DNA from: Candidatus Latescibacterota bacterium
GTDB lineage: Bacteria > Latescibacterota > UBA2968 > GCA-2709665
Reading direction: 5' to 3'
Length of the DNA: 64,000 bases
Assembly (NCBI GenBank): GCA_965222075.1
Contig: OZ244937.1
Coordinates: 5,120,001 to 5,184,000, forward strand
Positions 27,749-37,200 of the stretch are shown here, in pieces. A program made the translations under genes and the position numbers. The stretch's first letter is position 1; each line of letters starts with the position of its first letter. The notes under the pieces were generated by a model. It searched no databases and was not told the origin of the DNA. It saw nothing but the letters and a program-made list of their open reading frames with translations.

Positions 27749-27994
27749 ATGACCACCGACACCAGTGAAAAGGGGCTTGAAAGCCTGATTTGTACGGCGC
27801 TGACCGGCCACCCGAACGATAGGACGCCATCAGGCGCGGTGCGTGAAGCGGCTTCGCAGTTGCCGGAGGAAGCGGATGACCAGGACCTTATAGACGATGG
27901 CTTCCCACTGACGGACGACATGAGCGGCAACTATTACGATGATGACGACGAGGCAACAGAGAAGCCAGCAATGGAAAGCGAGGTGACCGTATGA
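27749..27994 (+). repeat. Chimeric scar: hsdR 5' fragment fused to an HsdS-type C-terminal tail
   Basis: MTTDTSEKGLESLICTALTGHPNDRTPSG (compare hsdR at 34222) joined to VREAASQLPEEADD...ESEVTV*. Confidence 0.8.
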
Positions 27995-28218
27995 CGGACT
28001 GGGAGACGTGCCCGGCGGTAGAACGACGTCCTGGCAAGCTCAATGGGGCCTGGACATTTGCCGGAACGCGGGTGCCCGTGTCCGCCCTTTTCGAGAATCT
28101 TGGTAGCGGGGCCACGGTTGAACAGTTTCTGGACTGGTTCCCGGGAGTGGACGAATGGAAGGTCAGAGCTGTTCTTCAACACGAAGCCAATGCCCTTAAG
28201 ACTCCGGCGCAATCGTGA
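27991..28218 (+). CDS. DUF433 antitoxin
   Basis: PGKLNGAWTFAGTRVPVSALFENL..FLDWFPGV. Confidence 0.88.
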   Translation: MTDWETCPAVERRPGKLNGAWTFAGTRVPVSALFENLGSGATVEQFLDWFPGVDEWKVRAVLQHEANALKTPAQS

Positions 28219-28532
28219 AGATTCTCTTTGATCAGGGCACGCCAGTACCTCTCCGCCAGCATCTCACCGATCACTCGGTGGATACAGCCTCAGAGCGAGG
28301 CTGGTCCGACCTGGATAACGGAGACCTGATCGAGAAGGCGGAGCAGGAGGGTTACCAGGTCTTCGTTACCACCGATCAGAGTATGCGATACCAGCAGAAC
28401 CTTGCAACTGGGCGACTGGCGATTGTAGTCCTGCTCTCCACCGCATGGCCCAACATCCGGCACCGAATAGAAGAGATCCGTAAGGCCCTCATCGAAATAC
28501 AACCCGGAGAGTTGAAGGAAATCCCGATTTGA
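28215..28532 (+). CDS. PIN-like (DUF5615/VapC45-like) toxin
   Basis: MKILFDQGTP, GWSDLDNGDL, FVTTDQSMRYQQN. Confidence 0.82.
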   Translation: MKILFDQGTPVPLRQHLTDHSVDTASERGWSDLDNGDLIEKAEQEGYQVFVTTDQSMRYQQNLATGRLAIVVLLSTAWPNIRHRIEEIRKALIEIQPGELKEIPI

Positions 28533-28550
28533 GCAGAGGCGAAGGATAGC

Positions 28551-28598
28551 GTGACGACTGACACCAGCAAAAGGGGCTTGAGCAATTTCATCTGTCCG
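28551..28598 (+). repeat. Degenerate hsdR 5' scar
   Basis: GTGACGACTGACACCAGCAAAAGGGGCTTG.. = (M)TTDTSKRGLSNFIC. Confidence 0.7.
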
Positions 28599-28649
28599 AT
28601 GACTCGGAAACGCTCGACGCGAGGGATGAATTTTCCGCAATGGAGATAG

Positions 28650-29912
28650 TTGATGATTACGCTGATTGAAGCCCTGAACTACCGCTGTTTACGGTATGTG
28701 CAGAGACCTCTGAACCCGTTTCATGCCCTGGTCGGCCCGAATGCGTCGGGTAAGACAACCTTTTTGGACGTTATCGGTTTTCTGCGTGATCTGGTATCCG
28801 AGGGGTTGGACACGGCCCTGTCGGCGCGTGCCTTGAATCCTGAAGAGCTTCTCTTTCGGCGGCAAGGGGACGGGCTGGAACTGGCGGTCGAGGCACGGAT
28901 TCCCGAGGCGCTGCGCAAATTGACGTCAAAACCGGATTTGGACACGGTAAGGTACGAGGTGGCTATCGGATTTGAGGAAACACAGCGCCAGTTCGAGTTC
29001 AAGGCCGAGCGCCTGTTATTGAAAAAGGCAAAGGATTTAGGGCCGCTACAGCGCTCATTATTCCCCATGTCGCCCAGCGCGCCGGGTTCGTTGCTGACCA
29101 ATATCCGCAAACAAGACAATAAGCTCGTGATCAACAAAGTATCAGGTGGGAATGACAATTTCTACAGCGAGACCTATAATCGTCCGGGCAAGGGCTGGGC
29201 GCCTTCGATCAAACTGGGACCGCAAAGATCGGCCCTGGGCCACCTTCTGGTAGATGAAAGCGCTTTTCCCGTGGCGATATGGTTTCAGAAATATCTGATC
29301 ACCGGAGTGCAGAGGTTTGTGCTCAACAGCCTTGCGATCAAGCGTCCCAGTTCTCCAACGCGGGCTGTGGGTTTTTTGCCGGATGGGTCAAATCTGCCAT
29401 GGGTTGTCGCTCGTCTGCGCCACAAAGACCAGGAACGACATCGCGCCTGGATCAAGCACCTGCAAACCGCTCTGCCCGATCTGGTGGACATCACAACTTT
29501 CGAGCGCCCGGAAGATAAGCATTGTTATATGATCTACGAGTATGAGGAAGGACTGAAAGTGCCTTCGTGGCTGGTTTCCGATGGCACACTTCGACTTACG
29601 GCACTCACCTTGCCCGCATATCTGACCGATCTTCAAGGTATTTACCTGATAGAGGAACCGGAGAATGGGGTGCATCCGAGGGCGGTGTCAACCGTGTACG
29701 ATTCCCTTTCTTCTATGTATGAAGCCCAGGTGTTGTTAGCGACCCATTCGCCGGTAGTACTGAGTACAGCCAGAATGGATGATGTGCTTTGCTTTGCCAA
29801 AGATGACGATGGTTCAACAGACATTGTTCTCGGTTCCGAACATCCCTTGCTTCAAAAGTGGCAGGGCGAGGTCGATCTTGGCACATTGCTTGCATCGGGA
29901 GTTTTGGGATGA
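28650..29912 (+). CDS. AAA_21/ABC-type ATPase, MAD3-like
   Basis: Walker A GPNASGKT, SDGTLR, Walker B IEEPENGVHP, THSP. Confidence 0.85.
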   Translation: MMITLIEALNYRCLRYVQRPLNPFHALVGPNASGKTTFLDVIGFLRDLVSEGLDTALSARALNPEELLFRRQGDGLELAVEARIPEALRKLTSKPDLDTVRYEVAIGFEETQRQFEFKAERLLLKKAKDLGPLQRSLFPMSPSAPGSLLTNIRKQDNKLVINKVSGGNDNFYSETYNRPGKGWAPSIKLGPQRSALGHLLVDESAFPVAIWFQKYLITGVQRFVLNSLAIKRPSSPTRAVGFLPDGSNLPWVVARLRHKDQERHRAWIKHLQTALPDLVDITTFERPEDKHCYMIYEYEEGLKVPSWLVSDGTLRLTALTLPAYLTDLQGIYLIEEPENGVHPRAVSTVYDSLSSMYEAQVLLATHSPVVLSTARMDDVLCFAKDDDGSTDIVLGSEHPLLQKWQGEVDLGTLLASGVLG

Positions 29913-29952
29913 ACCGGAAAGACCTGGTTGTTCTCGCGGCTGACAAAGACAT

Positions 29953-31398
29953 CAATGGTTCGGTCAATTTTAGGCAGCAATTTTGCCATAATCGCGTAGC
30001 CTTTGGTATTGAGAGGATTTTTTCATCAAATTTAGGTCGAGATCTAACATTGAGAAAATATGCTGGAGAAAAAATGTGTTGAAATAACAGGCTTTTATGC
30101 TTGCCATAGAAAAGGTTCCAGGCTCAGTGTCTGCATACGCCTGTAGGTGCTCCAGTTTGGCTAAATTGAGGGTTGTCAGAGACGCATTGAAGTGGAAATC
30201 CAGTCGGGCTTGATCTCTGGCTTGACAGTCGCATAAGCCGGTAAACTGTTTGGCATCCCTGAAGATAAATTCGATCTGAAATCTTGCTTTGTAATATCTG
30301 ACAAGCGTCTTAGCGTCTAATTCTGTATCGGTGGAAAACAAGATCGTATATTTCTTCTTGTCCTTGTTGCGCTCATCTACCAAGACGACGATTTTCAAAT
30401 TGCGTTTCAAGGAGACATGGTTCAGGATGAGGGTATAGATGGCGATGCCATCTTGTGTCTCAACATATGAAAACCGCGACAGATCTTGCCAGTTGACTTT
30501 GCCATCGTAGGTCTTTTGCCTGCCGCTGCCGTGTTCGCGTTTTGGACCGGTATAGAGAAAGCGCATATTGGCGTCGCCACGTAATTTGCCGATCTGGTGC
30601 AGGTCCAATTCACAGACCCCATTGACAAATTTCTTCTTGCTAAAATAACCATCGCCAACGACATATTTTTCGGGCTCTAACAAGCTGGGTTGGACATCGA
30701 TGAGATGCTGTAAATACTGATCCAGAAGGGTTTCGTCATCCTCTGCCTGTTTGGAACGTTTCTTTTTCGATTTGGCTTTTCCCTTTTTCTTGGTGCACTT
30801 TTTAGAGGTGGGCTTGTTCTTCTCTTTGGGCTTGGTGACTTCCTCTTTGGGCCTAGCATCAGACGCTTGAGGTTCCTCTCCTGGATCGGTTTGGCGAACC
30901 GAGAGCGTAAAGCCAGTGTTTTTCAAAATATCCACGATCGCCACACTGGAGACTTCCAACCCCTTTTCTGAACGACGATGACAGCCGTTCCAGAATGAAT
31001 CCAGGCCATACGTCTTTTTGCCTGACTTAGATACGAAGGAAGCATCTATGACAATGATCCGGTCGCTTTCCCTTCCCAAGCCTTCATCGATCACCGATCG
31101 GTTGAAAGCGACAAACGCAAAGGGTTTGGCAAACTGACGTGAATAAGTCTCCTCGGACACATCCGAATAACGCGATAGATTGCGGCAATTGATCTTGCCC
31201 CGTGCTGTTAGAATCGCTGTAAACACAGCGACCAAAAACTTCCTTTGAGGCTTGGAAATCTTGAAACTCTTGAGTATCTTTTCTGTCAGTTCCATTGTGC
31301 CGTCTCACTTGTCGAGGGGATCTTTGACTGGGTGGTTTAAGATCCCTACAATTTGTGGGTACGGCACTTTTTTGTCAAAATAAATAACCGAACTATTG
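29953..31398 (-). mobile_element. IS element (IS4-superfamily DDE; IS701/ISH3-like), 1446 bp
   Basis: IRs CAATGGTTCGGTCAATTT / reverse complement CAATAGTTCGGTTATTT; 5-bp TSD GACAT (29948-29952, 31399-31403). Confidence 0.9.
29970..31295 (-). CDS. DDE transposase
   Basis: IVIDASF, VVGDGYF, YKARFQIEFIFRDAKQ. Confidence 0.92.
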   Translation of the reverse strand: MELTEKILKSFKISKPQRKFLVAVFTAILTARGKINCRNLSRYSDVSEETYSRQFAKPFAFVAFNRSVIDEGLGRESDRIIVIDASFVSKSGKKTYGLDSFWNGCHRRSEKGLEVSSVAIVDILKNTGFTLSVRQTDPGEEPQASDARPKEEVTKPKEKNKPTSKKCTKKKGKAKSKKKRSKQAEDDETLLDQYLQHLIDVQPSLLEPEKYVVGDGYFSKKKFVNGVCELDLHQIGKLRGDANMRFLYTGPKREHGSGRQKTYDGKVNWQDLSRFSYVETQDGIAIYTLILNHVSLKRNLKIVVLVDERNKDKKKYTILFSTDTELDAKTLVRYYKARFQIEFIFRDAKQFTGLCDCQARDQARLDFHFNASLTTLNLAKLEHLQAYADTEPGTFSMASIKACYFNTFFLQHIFSMLDLDLNLMKKSSQYQRLRDYGKIAA

Positions 31399-32209
31399 GA
31401 CATGGAACATGCGTTGAAAGGGTTGCTGTCGAGGCCGCAGGCACTGGGTATTCGGGCAATCGAGGCGGACATCAGTATCCATCCGGGACACGACCCTGCA
31501 TGCGCGGGTTATGGCGTTGATTACTTGTCGAATTTCTCGGAATATTATCGCTATGGTCTGCTCATGTTTGATCACGAAGGAAGCGGCAGAGAGCAGACCC
31601 AGCCCCAGGCGTTGCAAGAGACTCTTAACAATGACTTCGCGCGTTCAGCATGGGGCGAACGCGCAAGAGCAGTCATCTTGTCGCCGGAACTTGAGGCGTG
31701 GGTATGGAGTGATTCTCTCCATGTTGACGCGGTCGCAGGATGGAAGAACCGGCAGCCTTCGCTCCGTAGCTGGATGGTTGAGCAAGGCTGGCTGGAGGAA
31801 GGGGAGGTTAAGCCCGTACGGCCCAAAGAGGCGTTTCAAGCAGCCTTGCGCGAGGCGCGAATACCACGCAGTTCATCCCTGTATCAGCAGATTGCGGAAA
31901 AGGTTTCCTTACACCGATGTACGGATCGTTCGTTCCAGGAATTCAAAGACGTTTTGGGAAGTTGGTTTCCGCGAGACAGCCGGTATTGAAGGACGCATCT
32001 ATAATGTCGGAGCTACCAGGGCGGCTCGCTGGTATCCGGGTAGACCGCCATCTGGAATTGTGCCTGAAAATAGATAATAGGCCAAAAAGCATAATTTTGG
32101 CATAATTTTGGCATAATTGATTTTATAACTATCTGTTTTTATTGTATTATTCCTTTATCTTTTCTTGGCAAAATATAAATCTATAAGGTAAAAAAAGTGG
32201 TAATTCATA

Positions 32210-32953
32210 ATGCTCGGCGGGGCTTGGGTGTTTCGTGGAACGCGGGTGCCCGTATTTACCCTCTTCGAGAACCTTGAACCGGATGGACCGATGGACAAAC
32301 GCGTCAACCGTTCGAGCGATGTCCCGAAGATGACGGCAGGGCGAGCCGCCCTGGTCGGGCTGATGGACTGCTATCTGCGCGGCTTGCTGGACCCGTTCGT
32401 GACGCTGCTGGAGGTGCATAAACTCATGTATTTTATGCAGGCCGCGGGCGAGCCGTTGAGGTTGAAGTTCGCCAAAGGCCCTTACGGACCGTATGCCGAA
32501 AATCTCCGGCATGTGATGAACGCCATTGAAGGACATCTGGTGTCCGGCTATGCCGATGGCGGCGATGCGCCTGACAAGCAGCTGGAACTGGTGCCGGGCG
32601 CGCTTGCGGATGCCCGTGCATTTCTTGAGCATAAGGCTGATACGCAGGCTCGCTTTAAAAGGGTTTGCGATCTCGTCGAAGGGTTCGAGTCATCGTTCGG
32701 CCTGGAACTGCTCACAACGGTTCACTGGGTCGTCGGCGAGGAGGGAGCCCGGACGCTCGACGATGTAGTGGAGGGCACCTACGACTGGAACGAGAGAAAG
32801 CGCCAGTTCTCCCGGCGACAGATCAAGATCGCATTCGATGTCTTATCGGAGAAGGGCTGGATTGAGCATCTCGACCTGTGCGGGACAGCGCATCTGCACG
32901 ACGCCGTGTCTGATTCGCCTGAAGAGGACAACGATAAAGGTTGTAACCCATGA
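32210..32953 (+). pseudogene. darG: DarG-like C-terminal region lacking the macrodomain, fused to a DUF433 fragment
   Basis: GAWVFRGTRVPVFTLFENL (compare the 27991 DUF433), then MTAGRAALVGLM..LLEVHKLMYFMQ.AGEPLRL..GPYGPYAENL..GFES.FGLELL.TVHW. Confidence 0.7.
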
Positions 32954-34134
32954 GTAGCCGACGCTTGCAGATAACATTACAGCCTGACGTGTTGAGGTGG
33001 GCGCGGGAGCGGGCAGGTATTGACACCGAGCAATTGGCTCGCAAGATACAGGTTAAGGTCGAGCGTGTCATAGAGTGGGAGCGGACTGGCAACATCAGCA
33101 TTGCCCAGGCAGACAGGCTCGCCGAACGCACCCATACCCCTTTGGGTTTGCTGTACCTTTCAAAGCCACCCGAAGACAATCTGCCCATACCTGACTTCAG
33201 AACCCGCCACGCCGATGCCTCTTCGCTCCGTCCGAGTCTCGACCTCCTGGAAACGGTGTATGCGATGCAGCAGCGACAGGACTGGATGCGAGAAGAACTG
33301 ATCGAGAGCGGTGCGGAACCGCTGGAGTTCGTTGGCGCCTGCATCCGTGCGCAAAGTCACGTGAACGTGGCCAGTGCAATGCGGAACGTGCTGGGGATCG
33401 AGGTTGGCTGGGCGGCAAACATGGACTCCTGGATTGCCGCGCTCAGGTTCCTTCGGAACAGATTGGACACGGCTGGCGTGCTCGTAGTTTTCAACGGGGT
33501 CGTAGGCAACAGTACCAGCCGAAAGCTTGATCCGGACGAGTTTCAAGGCTTTGCCCTGGTGGATGAATACGCCCCATTGATATTTGTGAACAACGCAGAT
33601 TACATAGCAGCCAAGATGTTTACTCTTGCCCACGAACTGGCCCATTTATGCGTCGGAGAGTCGGGTGTATCCCAATTTGATAGGTTGCAACCGTCACAGA
33701 ATGATACCGAGCGATTCTGTGATCAGGCGGCAGCTGAGTTTTTGGTGCCCGAGTCCAGTTTTCGGGATTTTTGGGGCCTCGTGGGCCGTAATACCTTGGC
33801 GCCCACAAGTGTTCCTTTTGGGTCGATTGCACGTCAATTCAAGGTTAGCGCAATCGTGGCGGCCCGGCGAGCCTTGGACCTGGATCTGATTGACCTCGAA
33901 ACCTTTTTCACCTTCTATGAAAACCATAAACAACAAGGAGGAACCAATCGCCCGACAACGGATGGTGGCAATTTTTGGAGTACACAGAGATGGCGCATAG
34001 GTCCACGCTTCGCGGCTGCGGTCGTCCGCGCTGCGAAAGAAGGGCGCCTGACTTATCGGGAAGCTTGTTCGCTCACCGGGCTGAGCGGCGAGACCTATGA
34101 AAACCTGGCCGTCAAGATGGATATTACACTATGA
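32950..34134 (+). CDS. XRE-HTH + ImmA/IrrE metallopeptidase
   Basis: LRWARERAG HTH, PDFRT, FTLAHELAH zinc motif, FKVS. Confidence 0.9.
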   Translation: MSSRRLQITLQPDVLRWARERAGIDTEQLARKIQVKVERVIEWERTGNISIAQADRLAERTHTPLGLLYLSKPPEDNLPIPDFRTRHADASSLRPSLDLLETVYAMQQRQDWMREELIESGAEPLEFVGACIRAQSHVNVASAMRNVLGIEVGWAANMDSWIAALRFLRNRLDTAGVLVVFNGVVGNSTSRKLDPDEFQGFALVDEYAPLIFVNNADYIAAKMFTLAHELAHLCVGESGVSQFDRLQPSQNDTERFCDQAAAEFLVPESSFRDFWGLVGRNTLAPTSVPFGSIARQFKVSAIVAARRALDLDLIDLETFFTFYENHKQQGGTNRPTTDGGNFWSTQRWRIGPRFAAAVVRAAKEGRLTYREACSLTGLSGETYENLAVKMDITL

Positions 34135-34221
34135 CGGGTCAGAACCGCTTGGAGTTGAATATATAGATACCTATGCGATGCTCCGCAATCTGGGAGCGCG
34201 TCTAAACTGGGAGCCTCCTGC

Positions 34222-37200
34222 TTGACCACCGATACCTCCGAACACGGTCTTGAAAGCCTGATCTGTACGGCGCTGACCGGCCTCCCGAACGATACGACGC
34301 CGTCAGGCGACGCGGGTGAGCGGCCGGCCACCTATGGCGTGGGCTGGCTTTGGGGGGACCCGCGTGATTATGACCGCGAGTACTGTGTGGACCTGGCTCA
34401 GCTTTCCGCTTTTCTGAGTGTGACCCAGCCCGAGGTTGCGGGGTTGCTGGATCTCGGCCTGGACAGCCCGAGGCGGCGCAAGTTTCTGGCTCGCCTGCAG
34501 GGTGAGGTCACCAGGCACGGCACGATCGATGTGCTGCGCAGGGGGATCAAGCACGGACCGCATCAGGTCGACCTGTTCTACGGGACACCGTCGCCGGGCA
34601 ATGAGAAGGCCAGGGTTCTGTACAAGCAGAATCGCTTCAGTGTCACCCGGCAGCTCCGATACAGCCGCGACAATACCCGGCTCGCGCTGGATCTGTGCCT
34701 GTTCATCAACGGTCTGCCGGTTGCTACGTTCGAGCTGAAGAACAGCCTTACGAAGCAGACGGTAGAGGACGCTATTGAGCAGTACAAGCGCGATCGAAGC
34801 CCGGGCGAGAAGCTTTTTGAGTTCGGTCGCTGTCTGGTTCACTTCGCGGTTGACGACCACGAGGTGCGCTTCTGCACCCATCTGAAGGGCAAGGCGTCCT
34901 GGTTCCTGCCTTTCAACCAGGGTTGGGATGATGGCGCCGGGAATCCTCCGAACCCGAACGGGCTGAAGACGGACTATCTGTGGAGAGAGGTGCTCACGCG
35001 CGACGGGCTCACGGATATCATCGAGAACTACGCCCAGATTGTGGAGACGAAGGATGAAAAGACCGGGCGCAGGAAGCGGGAGCAGATATGGCCGCGCTAT
35101 CACCAGCTTGATGTGGTGCGCAGGCTGCTGTCGGATATGTCCGACCTGCCTGCAGCGCAGTACGCTGCGCAGGCAGGGACGAAGGCGGGCAGGCGCTATC
35201 TGATCCAGCACTCGGCCGGTAGCGGCAAGTCGAATTCCATCGCGTGGCTGGCGCACCAGCTCATCGGCCTGAAGAAAGAGAATGCTCCGGTAGTGGACTC
35301 GGTCATCGTCGTTACGGACCGCAGGGTGTTGGACCGTCAGATCAGGGATACTGTGAGACAGTTCGCACAGGTTGCCTCCATTGTCGGGCACGCGGAGCGG
35401 TCCGGAGACCTCAGGACCTTTCTCAAGTCGGGCAAGAAGATCGTCATCACCACTGTCCAGAAATTCCCCTTCGTTCTGGATGAGATCGGCGATGAGCACC
35501 GGGGACGCCGGTTCGCGATCATCATCGACGAGGCCCATTCGAGCCAGGGCGGTCGGATGTCTGCCGCGGTTTCCATGGCGCTGGGGGAGGCCGGCGCGGG
35601 CGAGGAAGAGGATACGACCGAGGACAGGATCAACCGGCTGATGGAGTCCAGGCAGATGCTGCCCAACGCCAGCTACTTCGCGTTTACCGCGACGCCCAAG
35701 AACAAGACGCTGGAGATCTTCGGGGAGCCTGAAACCAGGGGCGAGCAGGTCGGCCACGTTCCATTTCACAGTTACACGATGAAACAGGCGATCCAGGAAG
35801 GGTTCATCCTGGACGTGCTTGAGCACTACACGCCGGTGGGTAGCTACTACCGGCTTATGAAAACGGTAGAGGACGATCCTCTCTTCGACACCAGGCGGGC
35901 GCAGAGGAAGCTTCGGAGATATGTGGAATCGCACGAGCACGCCATCCGCCAAAAGGCGGAGATTATGGTCGATCACTTTCACGATCACGTTGTTGCGCGC
36001 CGGAAGATCGGCGGCCAGGCGCGGGCTATGGTGGTGACCAGCGGTATTGAGCGAGCGATCCAGTACTTTCACGCCTTCGAGGCGTATCTGGAGGAACGGA
36101 AGAGTCCCTACCGGGCCATCGTCGCGTTCTCGGGTGAACATGAATACGGCGGACAGAAGGTCACCGAGGCGTCGCTGAATGGCTTTCCGTCGGGCCGGAT
36201 CGCCGACAGGATCCAGGAAGATCCGTATCGGTTCCTGATCTGCGCCGACAAATTTCAGACCGGGTACGACGAGCCGCTTTTGCACACGATGTATGTGGAC
36301 AAGGTGCTTTCGGGCATCAAGGCGGTGCAGACGCTCTCCCGCCTGAATCGCGCGCATCCGCAGAAGCACGATACCTTCGTGCTGGACTTCACGAACGACG
36401 CGGACGATATCAAAGCGTCTTTCGAGGACTACTACCGCACCACCATCCTGGCCGAAGAGACCGACCCGGACAAGCTGCACGACCTGAAGGCGAGTCTGGA
36501 TGGTTATCAGGTGTACGGTTGGGACCAGGTCGAGGAGCTGGTGTCGCTGTACCTGGAGGGTACGGACCGGGACAGGCTCGATCCGATTCTGGATGCCTGC
36601 GTGGCAGTGTACAGATCCGAGCTGGATGAGGATGGACAGGTCGACTTCAAGGGCAATGCCAAGGCGTTCGCCCGCACCTACGCCTTCCTTGCGCCGATTC
36701 TGCCCTATACCAGCGTCGAGTGGGAGAAGCTCTCGATATTTCTGAACTTCCTCGTCCCGAAGCTGCCGGCCCCGGTCGAGGAGGACCTGTCGAAGGGCAT
36801 TCTTGAGGCCATCGACATGGACAGCTACCGCGTGGAGGTCCGGGCGATGATGAAGATCGCCCTGTCCGACGCGGACGCGGAGATCGGGCCGGTGCCGGCG
36901 AGCGGCGAATTTCGCAAGCCCGAGCCGGAGATCGATCGCCTGAGCAACATACTGAGGATGTTCAACGAGTTGTTCGGGAATATCGAATGGAAGGATGCAG
37001 ACAAGATCGGAAGGGTTATCGCCGAGGAGTTGCCGGCGAAAGTCTCCGCTGACCGGGCCTATCGGAACGCGATGGAGAACTCGGACAGGCAGAACGCCCG
37101 GATTGAGCACGACAAGGCGCTCGAACAGGCGGTGATCGAGCTGCTCTCCGATCACGCCGAGCTATTCAAGCAGTTCAGCGACAATGACTCGTTCCGAAAA

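Larger units (their letters stand above)
29909..31989 (+). pseudogene. MAD4-like (DUF4276/RloB-type) protein interrupted by an IS
   Basis: MNRKDLVVLAADKD | MEHALKGLLSRPQALGIR..FDHEG..PELEAWVW..KPVRPKEA..PRSSSLYQ; frame is restored when the IS is removed. Confidence 0.8.

Noticed and set aside
34303-37155. 950-aa antisense ORF, and similar ones at 2482-3639, 8011-9504 and 42386-43762
   Set aside because: These are shadow ORFs opposite well-supported genes in GC-rich DNA, with no motifs.
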